From positions 8,990,001-9,054,000 of the forward strand of contig CP075495.1 in NCBI GenBank assembly GCA_021613535.1: a stretch of DNA of 64,000 nucleotides. Direction: 5' to 3'. Positions 30,241-43,543 of the stretch are shown piece after piece. Position 1 is the first letter of the stretch. Every line of letters begins with the position of its first letter. Made by a program: the position numbers and the translations under genes. The notes beneath the pieces are model-generated. The model did not search any database. It was not told the DNA's origin and saw only the letters and a program-made list of their open reading frames with translations. Source of the DNA: Adineta vaga. Taxonomy: Eukaryota > Animalia > Rotifera.

Positions 30241-33200
30241 ATGAATTCAGCTCGTCGTTTGCTTGTAAGTTGAATTTTTCTAAATATAAATCAATGTAAA
30301 CTTCTTTAAATAGTGGAGATCAACGCGTAGTGCTAAATATCGTCTTCAAGTAATTATTCTTATTATTGCTGCAGCTCTTCTTGTATTGTTTGTATATACA
30401 CATCGTCAAGAAGATGTTAGACATCAGGAACTTATTGAAAAACCAGTATTTGTTCCGAAGAAACCGAGAGCAATTGAAAACAAATCGGTGGTAGAAAAAA
30501 CTATCACATCTGATTCGACAAATTGTGCTTATAAAGTATACTGAACTACTACGACATATAGACGATGATCTATTGTTTGTTTGTTTTTTTAGAATTGTCC
30601 TAAACTTGACGACGATGAAAATGTGATTAATGTACATATCATATGTCATACTCATTTAGATCCCGGATGGCTTAATTCAGTTGATGGATATTTTTTTGGA
30701 ATTCAACACGAACGTAACAGTAATAATGGTGGCAAACCCTATCGCCATAATATGCCAAGTGTATTAACAATATTTAATAATGTGATGGGTGCTCTATTAG
30801 AAAATGCTGATCGTCGTTTTGTTATGGTAGAAATGTCATTTATATGGCGTTGGTGGAAACGATTAGATGAAGATTATAAGAAGATTATTCGAAAATTAAT
30901 GCAAGAAGGTAAATAGTTGATAACGAAAGAAATGTTAATTTTGTATGGATTATTGATAAAACAAATATTTAGGACGTATTGATATTGCTGGTGGCAGTTG
31001 GACTTCAAATGATGAAGCTGTCAGCCATTATGCTGCAATGATTGATCAAAGCACACTTGGCTTTCGATTTATAAAAAATGAATTACGTACTTGTTCTCAA
31101 CCTGCTGTTGCTTGGCAACTGGATTTATTTGGTCACGGAAGAGAAATCAATTCTCTATTTGCTCACGTAGGTAAAACAAGTTCTCTTGTTGATGGATCTT
31201 ATATAGATTTAATTATTGAAAAAAGTTCATGTTCTTTTCTGTTTTGTAATTATATTAGATGGGTTATGATGCGATTCTTTTTGGTCGTTTGGATTATCAA
31301 GAGAAAGACCAACGAACAAGGGAAAAAACATTACAAATGATTTGGAAAGTCGATGAAAATGCTCGTAAGTTAATGAAGAACTAAATATATCTAAACATAT
31401 ATGTAAATATAAATATAGCGGAAAATGAACAATGGCTATTTACTGGCATTCTTCCAAATTTATATCATCCACCAGAAACCTTAGCTTTAAAATCCGATAT
31501 TGCTGGTAGTTTATTAGTAAGTAAAAGTTATTCGATAGAATATCAGTATTTTATGTTTATATTCATATCATTAGAGACCATCAGATACGGATACCATGCA
31601 AGAATCAGCTAGTACATATAGTAAACGTTTACTTGAAGAACTTAAAAAACAAGTAAAAATATTTATTTTAAATAACGTTTTTTTCAATAAAAGAAATTCT
31701 TTTCTAGCAAGAAAGATATAATTCAAAGAATATCGCTGTGATTTATGGTGGTGATTTTGAATATGAAGATGCAACACAATATTTTCAAAATATTGATGCA
31801 ATGATTTCTACTATTAATAATCTTGTAAGTCAGAAATTTAGAAAAGAAACTAAATGTTATTCTATTGATGATTCTGTGTTTTTCAATGGATTTAGCAAAA
31901 TAGAACGAATGAAAAATTTAAATACAATGTACACTATTCTACACCAACATGCTTTGTACATGCTATATCAAAAGAAAAACGTTCATGGCCAGTACGTGAA
32001 GGAGATTTTCTATCGTATGCACATCGTGCACATGCATTTTGGACCGGATTTTATACGTCGAGACCCGGAATTAAACTTTATGAACGTTCAATTGGTGCTT
32101 TATATCAAGTATGTTGTCTGTTTTCTTTTACCTAATCTGATCAGTATGATTCGACTAGTCTCTTCGACAACTGAGCATCTTTGCCAATCATATTAATTTT
32201 AATGAATTATTTGAATTAGCCGAAGTAATGGGTTTGTTACAACATCATGATACAATCACGTAAATTTGAACTTAATTAAAAATAAGCGATTGTTTTTATT
32301 TTTCTACACAGTGGAACAAGTCCAATGATCAATATTGCAGATGCCCTCCAACGAATGCATCGAGCAGAAAAACTTGGACAAGTATAAATTCTAACAATAG
32401 AATTGTAACTTTTGATTTTAAATATCTTGTTTTATTTAGAACATGACTTTATCGCTCTATCAACAGATATTGACACCAACAATGACAGTCAACTGGTCAA
32501 CACCATTAATTTTCTGTCAACTTAATGAAAGTTATTGTGAACCACTTGTTCAATTCGATAAAGTGAGTTACGATAGCATTCGATTCAAATTTATTTACAT
32601 GATCATATATTTTCTACAATTTTTTTGCACAGAAATTCTCAGCTATTATCTATAATCCTTCGTCTGTGTCTAATCAAGTTTGGTTACGTGTTCCAGTTGC
32701 AGAACATCAGTCAATTGTTCTTGATAGTGATGCAGTCAAAAAATTTGCTATTGATGCTCAAGAAATTGGCGTATGATTTTATTTTATTTTTATATATCCA
32801 TTGCGAACTGTCGTATTCATATCTTTATAGACGATCAAATTATCTTCTATATTACAAAGTATACCACTTGGTAATAAACGTGAACAATTTCAAGAAATGA
32901 TTGTTCGTGTTCAAGTACCACCATTAAGCATTCAAGCGATTCCATTTTTCTTAACACGTAGGTGATAGTTTATTTTTCTTAAAAAAGAAAAAGTTGATAA
33001 ACAAGCCGATACATTTTGCATTATCTGTCATTTTTATTATATAATAGAAAAAACTGGAAAAATTGAAGAATTTGCACCTTCAACGTCAAGCTGTTCCATC
33101 GAGAATCAAGTACAAACATCTCATACTCATAATTCTTGAATTTCACTAAATTGATTTTTCTTTATTGCATAGAATTACGTCCTAGAAGTCGATGAAAAAG

Positions 33201-35190
33201 GTTCAATTACTTCAGTAAAAATAAAATCAACTGATAAAACACTTGGTTTTAAACAAACATTTGGTCATTACACAAGTATTCTTTGTTTTTGTTGTATTAT
33301 ATCACCTTCAGAAAGTAATTTTTTAAAATAGGTTCTTCTAGTGATGCAACATCACATCAATCAAGTGGTTTGTATGTATTTCGTCCGATTGGTACTGATC
33401 CACCGCGACCGATTGGTATTAAAGAATTCTATTGTGTTAAGGTAAGATTTCAATAATAAGGATTTGTCTATGTATCATAGTTTATTTGAAATTTTAAAGC
33501 GCAAAGGTTACGAAGAAATTATTCAAGTTTATTCACAGTATGTTAATCAATCGATTCGATTATTGGATAATTCACCATACATTGAATTCGATTGGATTGT
33601 TGGACGACTGGAACCAAAGTAGAGTAGATTAAAGAATTCTAACAATAAAAGAAATCTTTCATTTTTTGTAGTGTAGAATTTGTTACTGAATATCGTAGTA
33701 AGGATCTTGTAAATGAAGGTATCTTCTATACAGATTCTAGTGGACGATCGTTGATGAAACGAAAGTATGATTGTTTATAATAGGAAATTGTGTGATAGAA
33801 ATGGGTTTTTTCGTTATAGACGAGACCAACGTGATGGATATACATTTGCACAAAGTGAAGCGAGTGCTGGTAATTATTATCCATTAGTTACTGGTATTAT
33901 ATTGAAAGTAAGAAGAAAGGAAAAAAGAAAATGATTCTTTAATACAAGAAAATTTAGGATGAAAAGAAAGATTTACAAATGAGTATAGTAACTGACCGAG
34001 CTGAAGGTGGTGGCAGTATCCAGGATGGACAAATTGAAATTATGGTAAGTAAAAATCTTTTGATCAACTTATAAATGTTACATTGATAAAACTGAAATAT
34101 CATGCATATATTCTTCATTCATTGCGTGAATAGCACCGATAGACTTATCGAATTTCTTTAAACAGATACTTATGTACTTACCTTTATAGAAAAAAAAGCA
34201 GACTGGATTTGCCAATTGAATAAGAATATTCATATATAATATAGAATACGATTGTAACAAGGAAAATGTTTCATCTAATAGTATTTATTAACTATTCTAT
34301 AGATTCATCGACGTGTTGCAACTGATGATGGTCTTGGAGTATCTGAAGTATGTCAATATTTTGTGAAAGCTTCTATTTTTTTATATCTAAACAACTGTTT
34401 TTATCTAGACACTCAATGAAATCGGTGTTGACAATCGAGGTTTAGTTGTTCGAGGTAAATAGAATTTACATCGATATTTTACATTATCCTATGGTTTTTA
34501 TCAATAGGTCGTCATCTTCTTGCATTAACAAACATGGAAGAAGGCATTAAATTCTTTCGTGAACATGCATTAAAATCTGTTTGGAAGCCAATAATTGCTT
34601 TTCGACATGACCTAACGAATGAGCCACTTGATTATAAATCAGTAAATAGTTATTAATTATACTAGAGTGGATAACATATTCTTATATTTCTAGTGGTCAT
34701 TATTGAATACAAAATTACCTTCACAAGTGAATGTTTTAACTGTAGAACCCATCTCTCAAGAAAACAATGTTTTAACAATTCTATTTCGTGTTGAACATTT
34801 CTATGAACCTAATGAACATTCCACGTTATCAAAATCAATAACATTGGATATGAATGTAAGTTCTTCACATATACTTCTATTCTATAGAACCTTGTGTTTT
34901 CTTTCAAATAGAAAATCTTCAATAAACATCAACTACTTGATGCAAAAGAAGTCACATTAGGTGCTAATATGTATAAAACGGAATCATTTGAACGGCTCAA
35001 ATGGTCGATAAATGCAACATCTGGTCTGTTATATTGATGTGTATTTCACAAATTTATCTAACTAATAGTTATCATTTCTTTTCTAGAAGATAAAAAAGGA
35101 CGACACGAAATGCCAAATTTTAATGGCAAAACTGTTGAATTACATCCAATGCAGATTCGATCTTTTATTATTAAATTAGAAAAACGTTGA
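30241..35190 (+). CDS. MAN2B1: GH38 alpha-mannosidase of the lysosomal (MAN2B) type, more than 20 short exons
   Basis: INVHIICHTHLDPGW (Zn ligands), SNDEA, WQLDLFGHG (nucleophile Asp), YGGDFEY, FWTGFYTSRP, QHHDTIT|GT, SGLYVFRP, FYTDSSG, AGNYYP, TDRAEGG, HRR...DDGLGVSE, C-terminal LHPMQIRSF. Confidence 0.93.
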
Positions 35191-35440
35191 ATTTATATAT
35201 AGTCTTCCTTTGACACTAGTGATAATTATTTTATGATCTGTGTGGTTTAATAAGTTGAAAGGTTTGGCGTTTATTATTTATTTTCGTTTTCATAAATATG
35301 AGATAAAAACATTATTGCCAATCAATATTCAATTAATATCGAAAGTGAAATCAGCTCTCTACAAATGCCACCTATATTAGAGATCGAAATAAAATATAAA
35401 TGTGCCAAGTTTATTCCCGATTATACTTATGGAATGCATT

Positions 35441-36110
35441 TCATTATTTTCTAGAAGATCAAAAAGGACGAGATGAAATGCCAAATTCTAATAGAAAAAA
35501 AAAACCTTTGAACTACATCCAATACAGATTCGATCTATTATTAAGAGATTAGAAAAACGTCAAGGGGTTGGTCTACCTCGACTTGTTTATGATAATATTC
35601 GAGAAAAAGCGTCTGGCACTAACAATAATTCGGAAGATTAGAATAATCGATTGTTGGCCAGCCTACCCATCCTCAAATGTACGAGTTTGGTTGTCTTTTA
35701 AAAGGTGTACATAAATCTCAACAACATAAGTTCAAAAAAGCTCAAGTTGAAGTGACAACAAAGAAAAACCTGGTACGAAAAAAGGGATGAGTGATTTCTT
35801 TAATTAATCAGATAGTATGAAAAAGTAAACTTATAGAATTGTTCTCCTATTCTAATGTAGTTTTGCCATATTCTATTAAACAAACAATAACTGATAAATA
35901 TTTACTGCTTTAGATGTCATAATTGAATTATTAAGAAACAAATATAGATGAAACCATTGAGATTAGAGACAGGTTTCGTTTGATACTAGAGATATTTATT
36001 TTATGATCTGTGTGCTTGAAACTGATTGGAAGTTCTTTTCGCTTTCATAAAAATGAGGAAAAAAACCAAATAATGCAAATTAATGTTCAAGTAATATTGA
36101 TGAATGATCA
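35441..36110 (+). pseudogene. Diverged tandem copy of the mannosidase last exon and 3' flank (copy of ~35072-35350), split by an insertion
   Basis: 35441-35560 aligns by eye to 35072-35187, and 35979-36110 aligns to 35209-35350. The exon copy is frameshifted in an A10 run. Confidence 0.85.
35561..35790 (+). mobile_element. Degenerate Mutator-like (MULE) transposase fragment
   Basis: Translates as LVYDNIREKASGTNNNSED*NNR, then after a frameshift IVGQPTHPQMYEFGCLLK. This resembles the TNNxxEGWxNR...VGxxHPxxxxF..LK segment around the third catalytic residue of MULE transposases. It lies inside the insertion that interrupts the duplication. Confidence 0.6.
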
Positions 36111-36800
36111 CCATCGCATTCTTTATGCATACTTAAATCAATTTTTGGATGTTTTAAAAGTAATTTAACAATTTCAGTATTTCCTTTCGAACAACAACGA
36201 TCTAGTGGAGTTTGTTTATATTTATCTGTTGCATTGACATCAGCATCATGTTCCAGTAATAGTTGAGTTATCTAAAATGGACATTAACGATTTCACATAG
36301 ATTTTTTAAAATGTTTTACTTCATTAAAATTTTTTGAACATGCATAATGTAGTGGTCGAGCACCGGATGAATTGGATTGTTCAACATCGACTCTTTTAGT
36401 TTTTAAAAGCATTCGAACAATATCAAGATGACCTGTTGATACGGCAATCATGAGCGGTGTCCAACCAAGCTAAAAACAGGAATGTACATTTAAACTGATA
36501 AACAAATAATTTATATTATTCTTACCTCATCTGGAATATCTGGTCGAACATTACAGATTTCCAATAGATATTGCACTATATCTTTTGCTCCACTTGAACA
36601 AGCCCAATGAAGAATAGTTCGACCATCCTAATAATATTGGAAAAGATAGTTCACGTCATTTGGAGACTGAAAAAGAATGTCTTTACGCGATCTTTCTTTT
36701 TGAGACATTCTGGATCCGCTTCTATTTTTGCTTTCAGTTGATCGAATTGTTTATCATACGCTAAACAGCAAACTTCTAAATTAGATATTTTCATCTCCAT
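36080..36800 (-). CDS. PSMD10: Gankyrin (26S proteasome assembly chaperone), 4 exons, C-terminus apparently short; absent from the ORF track
   Basis: MEMKISNLEVCCLAYDKQFDQLK..., DGRTILHWACSSG, GWTPLMIAVSTG, GARPLHYACSKN, QTPLDRCCSKGN closely follow gankyrin ANK1-5. Confidence 0.9.
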
Positions 36801-36822
36801 TATTAATCTGAAAAAAAGAATT

Positions 36823-39218
36823 TTATGATGTTTTCTCCGAATAAAAACCGGTTAGACAATTAAATGAAAATGATATTAGAAGAGTCTGTTCATTCAATAA
36901 ATCTAAACTATCAAGTAAATAATGCCGAATAATTAACGTAGAATGTTCAAGTTTATCACTATTGATTGTTGAATGAAAAATCACAAAATAAGATTGATGC
37001 GTAGCACCAAGAAATGAATATTGTTCAAATTGATTACGAACAAAAACAAATATTATTGAAGACGGTTGTTCCTGCAGAAAATCTACAAAATTTAACGTCA
37101 TTGATGAATCTGGATTGTTTGTAATCGATTGTACTAATGGTGATGAAGATATGATTTTCAAACCAAGAGATCCAATAGGACGAATCTAACAAGAACGTTT
37201 CTTATAGTATCAAAATTCGACGTAATGTCTTACTGATAGATAGCCAAGTTTGATAATTGTATCTGTATTTTTCTCAACTCGAATTGATACGCTCGTTATT
37301 GACGTTCGTTCGTTGACTTCAAATCGATATGTTCTACAAAAACCAAGATAAAATCTTCAATGAATGAAAGAAAGCAGCTATTTTCATACTTTCGTTTCCA
37401 ATTGCGAATAATCAAATCTTCTTCGTACTTATCCAATTGAATCAATTTACCATCATCACATTCAAGTTCAGGCATCACATTATCATTACCTTTGTAAACA
37501 AAAGTCACATTCCAGATTGATTCGACTGGAACCAAACATTTAAATAATCTAATAAAGAAGAACTTCAAACTTTCGAAAGAACAATCAACGAAAATCTACT
37601 TGAAGTAGTCTTTCGTATCGCCTTTCAGTTCAAGATATGATCCACCAAAATATGCATCATCATGTTTGATTGACCATATATTTTCATTTGAACTATTCGG
37701 TAAATATGATTGTAAACTAAGATTATACCATGAATTGCTTGCCATTTCCTAAATGATTGTTCATAAAAATTTGTAAATTTGTAAATTCTTACTAGACCAT
37801 GAATAAAGAATTTTTCACCATAACCATCGGAGAAAAATGTTGTTAACGACTTTAAATGTAAAATACTTTGATTTGTATATGGTTCTAATAAATTCCAAAA
37901 TCTATTTTGATACGCGAAAAATTGTTTAATCTATTCATTTGAACAGTCTCACTTCTGATCGTTCTCAATAAATTGTTTTGAATCTAACGTTTCAAATAAC
38001 CACCCTGGCGCAAAAATGGCCGTGCTGAGATCAGTCGCGTGACATAATGACATTGCCTAGTGACGATCATGACTATGATAAAAACGCAAACATCAATAAA
38101 GATAACATACTTCACATGTATTGAACCCACCACCACCGAAACAGCCACGACCAAACACATCAATACCAACAAAAATGTCACGATAACGTTCCCCAGCATG
38201 GATTTTTGATTGTAGAAGCATATCTGATTTCCAAGTATAGTTTAAAAAAATTCCATCACAAGCTTCGAAAAATGGTCTAAATAATATATTGATTATTAAA
38301 AAATAATAGAATCATGTATATGAGATTCGAGATATATATATGTATGCAGAACACTGTTTGATCTTATTCACTATGTCTAAGATACCACGAGGCATCATGA
38401 AAAAAAGGAACATATTCTTACTGATTTAATTCATTCAATTGATTTTGCCATTTTAAATCGCCATCAGTCGTTACACTGTCATACCAAAGAACGATACTAT
38501 TTCGATCAATTTCTGAACAAGCTAATTTCAGTTTAGAAACAAATGTAAGAAGACGTTCGACATGTTCTTTCTAAAGATAACGACTAACATTTTTTCACAC
38601 ATGACAATAAAATCAACATACATCTACTGGATTTTCTATATTCAATAAATATCCATCAAAACTATACCAATTCATTAATAATGCAAGTGCTTCAACTACT
38701 CGATCAACAATGTCATCAGACGCCAATAACTGACAACAGATTTCTTTTCCAGTATCGAATTCAGTTATAAATGTACCTAAAAATAAAAATTCAATGTTTT
38801 CAAAAATAATAAACATTCTGAAGGGTATATCAACCAAGTATTTGAACACCATTCTTATGCGCAGAATCAATCCAAACTAATGGTGGTATAGTTACAAGTT
38901 CATGAGCAAAATAGACAAATATATCAATTAGATGCCATCGAAAAAAACGATAACACGGTTCATTTGTTTGACAACCTTGTATATGTCTGCAATTAAACAA
39001 ATATAAATAAGAATACATATCGTATTAACATACTTATCCTCTAAATAACCACCTTTCATATCATGACAAAGTAAGATTTTTTGTCGTGGTGACGTATAAC
39101 GTGAGACAAGTTGTGAACATTTCAAACGATTTGTTAAACAGGATGATGATGATATATTTAGAAGATCAGTAAGATTTTTAATAGGCGAACATATTGTTGA
39201 AATTTCTTTCGATGACAT
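36823..39218 (-). CDS. ENGASE: Cytosolic endo-beta-N-acetylglucosaminidase (GH85)
   Basis: LLCHDMKGGYLED, IDIFVYFAH, AHKNGVQILG|TFITE, catalytic FDGYLLNIEN (N-x-E), VLWYDSVT, CDGIFLNYTW, VFVGIDVFGRG, AIFAPGW, WYNLSLQ. Confidence 0.95.
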
Positions 39219-39489
39219 CTAAAATAAGATGCGTTTTACAAATGAATGATCACAAACTGACATTCCTATAATTACAATTTTGACTTCGGTGTCCATATTT
39301 TTCTTTCTAACTAGTTATTCTTAGATTTTTGTGAATATTCTCATTGTCTGTTGAAACAATAAAACTAAGAGAATTTGATTACATTCTTATTTTTTGTTTT
39401 AATATTTTTCATATGAAACCATTGATACAGAACATGAGAACGCACATATTACGAAAAGAAAAAGAAAAGAGAGAGAGAGAGACATATGA

Positions 39490-42400
39490 CTAGGTTTTAT
39501 TGTCTAATTTTCGTCGTTTAACTGCTGCTGTTGTTGTTGTTGTTGTTGTAGTTGCTGATGTAGATGAAACTGGTGCTGGTGGTAGAGAAACAGAATTTCC
39601 ATTTTCAAATCGATCAACAAAAGTTTTATTATTCGTATATAATTGTTCATGTTTATGAATACAAACAATCAATGATTTAATTGTTGATTTAGATAATGGA
39701 ATATTCAATGGACTATCATCAATTGTTAAACAATCTTGTAATTCATCTTGATCAGATTTACTTTCTTGATTATGATTTGAATGATTTTCTAATAAGACTT
39801 GTAAATGTTGCAAGATATATTTCAAACCATTTTCATTTGCCATTTTAATTGTACCAATTTTATAATCAACTTTTTGTTTTGTTGGATCATTTTCACGTTG
39901 TATCCATTTTTGTAAGATTCGTTCTAAATGACGCCAAAATATATCATGATGCTGTTCATGCCAAAGAAGACAGAGTTGTTCCGAGAAATTCTTCGTTAAT
40001 TCATGTGCAAATAAACAACAAACAAGACCATATGTTGGAACTTTTGTTTTCAATATATCGAACACATTGGCTAATGCAATCGTATTTCGATATGTTTTAT
40101 AATGAATTGATTTTGCAAGACGTTGTTCACCAATAACAGATTTTGTTTGATTCAGTAAATGTTCAATAATATTTGTAAATAATTGTTCATACTCATTTTG
40201 AACAAAATCATGAGCACCTAATAATTTCCAAAAATCTTCTTGTTCAATTTGAGAAAATAATAATGTTTGATCAACAATCGAATAGAGTTTATGGGAATTA
40301 AATAATTGTAGACGATGTTTGAGTATATCTAACATAAATTGTTCTAATTCAAATTGATTGATAGTATGTAAGAGAAGACGAATTAATTTGATGTTATTGA
40401 AAACCTTTTTCGAATAAAGACGATAAATATAAGAAAATAAATAAAGAAATGTTTCGGTATCATCTTGTTCACAATGTGTTAAGATTTCATGAAGAAAATC
40501 AATAAAATCTTGATCATAGGTAGGCACTTTTGCTGGAGGAATGGCTAATCTATGAGAGGAAAAGAATTAAGCAAACTATGATTAAAAATGAGAGTATTAC
40601 AAATCAAATATTTACTTTCGATGACTACTACTCAATTTAATAATCTCTTTGGCAAATTTGTCAAAAATTTCTGCTGCTATTTTAACATCATCAATATCAA
40701 TAGAGAGATAATACAGAAATATATAAGCTAATTCTGGTTGAAAGAAATACATAGCTTGAATAAGTTTAATATAAACATCTTGATTCTGTAGATCATCTTT
40801 AATACAACGAAATAAAACACATATCGATGTTTGTTGTATTGATCGTTTGAGTTTTTGAGAGGATATATTACGAAAATCATTTTCTAACATAGAATTATTC
40901 TTATTTGTTTGTAAAATTCTGAGCGAAGGTAATAAACGATTATGAAATGAATCACGAAATATCCAAAGACATAGAAGAGCATGAACAATCGTTTGTTCAT
41001 CAAATATTGTTAATAAACGTGACTGAAATTTAACACTTGTTTTTTCATATTTTATCATGGCATATGAACTTATCGGTCCAGCAGGATCACTAGCTTGAAT
41101 TTGAAAAACTAATGGACGTTTATCACTTAAAGATAAAACAATTTGTTTGCATATTTGTACTAGTAGAGATGTTTTATTTCGATTTGTTGAAATAGAATAA
41201 GATAAAGCTAATTGTTGAAGTTGATCATTAATAAATGAACGAAATCGATCAAATGGAAAATTTGTTCGACTTACATTTGTATTATATACACTATTCAGTG
41301 CTTTACTCTCATCATTAATCATTAAAATATCATCATCGTCATCATCATCATAACCCTGATCTAAGATTTTCTGTGAATTCAATTGATTTTCATATTCATC
41401 ATCATCTTCATCATCAGAAAATCGTGGTGCTGCAGTAGCATTCGCAGACATAATCATTATATCATTCGATTCTTCATCATTGTTAATTGGCATCGCTGCA
41501 TTTGGATTGATATCATCATTAATAGTTATTACTTCATCATTGATAGGCGCACCTAAAACCAAGAAAAACTCAAGATATTGTGTATCAAATTTGATCTTAC
41601 TCGTAGTTGAAGATGGTAATGATAATGTAAAAAAAGTTACTAATAAACGTTGATATGTATCTCGATCATGTGTAAACATTTGTAATAATTGTTGTGAATT
41701 TAAAATTGGTACTCGTTGAAAGAAGTCGAGAAATAATCGTGCGATATTTTGTTGTAAAAATAATTTCAAAGATGAAATCAAATTTTCTGATGTATACAAT
41801 AGAAATAATAACATTTGCTTTGCATAATAATATGATACAGTTAATAGATGATATCCGACAATAGTTGAATTCATTTGTACATCAAATTCATTTGTCATCG
41901 GTTGACAACTATTCATATCAAAGAAGAACCAATCATAATAAATCGCTAAACGACATTGTACAATCTGTTCATTGATTTGTATCAATTGTGGTGATGATGA
42001 TGATAGAACTGCAGCCGCATTCATTGCTGTTTGACTGGCTGACATAATTGTTTGTTGTAAAGCTTGTTGATAATTATATAATTGTGTTAATAACCATGCT
42101 ATAAATGACCAACGAGTTATTCGATTTATATTCATTTGATTCCGACACACAACACAAACATAACGAATTATATGTGAACATAGATAAATTGAATCAGGTT
42201 GTTGTTTAAAATTTAAATATTGATTTTGAAACCATTCGAAATAATATTTCTCTTGACTATTGGTTCGACAATTATCGAGAAGAAATTGAAGATGTTTTTC
42301 AAGATTAAATGATAATGGTAATGCAAGATATTTAGGTTCAGTCTGTAAAGCAAGAATTTTTGGTAGAAAATCATTTGATGTATTTAATGATAAATGTTTA

Positions 42401-43119
42401 AGAAATGCATCTATTTCTCGTATATGTCCTAATTGTATTAATAAACGAATTGAATCACGACCAATACAATGAATATTTTCACGTGTTAAATTTAATATAA
42501 ATTCAATATGTCGTTGTTGTTGTTGTTGTTGAGGTTTTCGACGAATATATATTGGAAAGATTGAAAGAAATGTATAAATTGTTAATAATTTCATTTCGGG
42601 ATATGTTTTTAAAAATAACGGATAAGCACCAAGAAATTCAATAATTGTTTCACATAAATCCATACATTGTTCATGAGGATTAATTTGTCGTAAGAAAACA
42701 TAATAGAGACGATCGATACCATCAATATTTGCTGCTAATGTTTCACGAAGAAACCATAATAATTGTTGACGAACATTTTCATAAAATCGACGCCAATTTT
42801 TTGTTATTAAAGCTTCAAGTATCGAAATAATCGACGAAAGATTAGTACCATTTAGAGCAAGTAGATCTTGAAAACATTTAGCTTTGCTATTAATATCAGT
42901 GAGTATTCCATAGAGAAGTGCATGTGATATATGTTCTTTAGATTTTTTATTTGTTTGACCGATTTGAACAAGAATATCGGAATCGATTGTATAACGATTT
43001 TGATGTATAGCAGTAAAACATGATTCTAAATATGAATCATTTGGATCTTTTAATTCAATTTGAGTATATTGAATAAGTTTAGACTCAGGAGCTATGAGTT
43101 TTATATTATTTGTAGCCAT
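39490..43119 (-). CDS. INTS3: Integrator complex subunit 3 (SOSS-A), divergent; introns at ~41600-41553 and ~40615-40549
   Basis: ISHALLYGIL, IGRDSIRLL, YFEWFQNQYL, IIRYVCVV, RWSFIAWLL, LAIYYDWFFF, AAPRFSDDEDD and ELAYIFLYYL match INTS3 N- and C-terminal motifs. Confidence 0.85.
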
Positions 43120-43543
43120 TAATTTACCTAATTAAATTCACAGAAAGAAAGACTTCATTGAAAAACACTATGTGTCAGAGAGCTGATCTAGAAAAACAGA
43201 CATTTCAAAATTTAGCTATAGGTTTTTTTGTCTAATGAAATCGACTTCTTTTCATTTTAATGATGAAAACTATGTGGTAGATGACAATACATCAATGAAT
43301 GACATGAGACACAGAGGGCGTCCTTATACGATTCCTAAAGGGAGAAAACAGAATTTTTAAACAAAAGACGAAATTGTACAATTCCATCAGCATGTCACAT
43401 TCAGGAAAATTCTCGTTATTTCTTTGTCTTATTTATTCTCATCGAATATATATTTTTGTGAAAGTTAGTTTTTACAAGATAAACAAAAAGAATTTGAATA
43501 CGTAACCAACAAAAGATTTTATTTAACAAATATAGAACATTGA

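Noticed and set aside
38340-38400. ATGATG...CTG segment in a longer ENGase intron resembling a C/D snoRNA
   Set aside because: Box C (RTGATGA) and box D (CTGA) are both imperfect, and there is no terminal stem.
41553-41600. Stop-free introns of 3n length that ORFs read through (INTS3 48 nt; ankyrin gene ~47640-47711, 72 nt; ARMH2-like ~58960-59010, 51 nt)
   Set aside because: With more than 100 short introns in the window, several stop-free 3n introns are expected by chance. There is no evidence of regulated retention.
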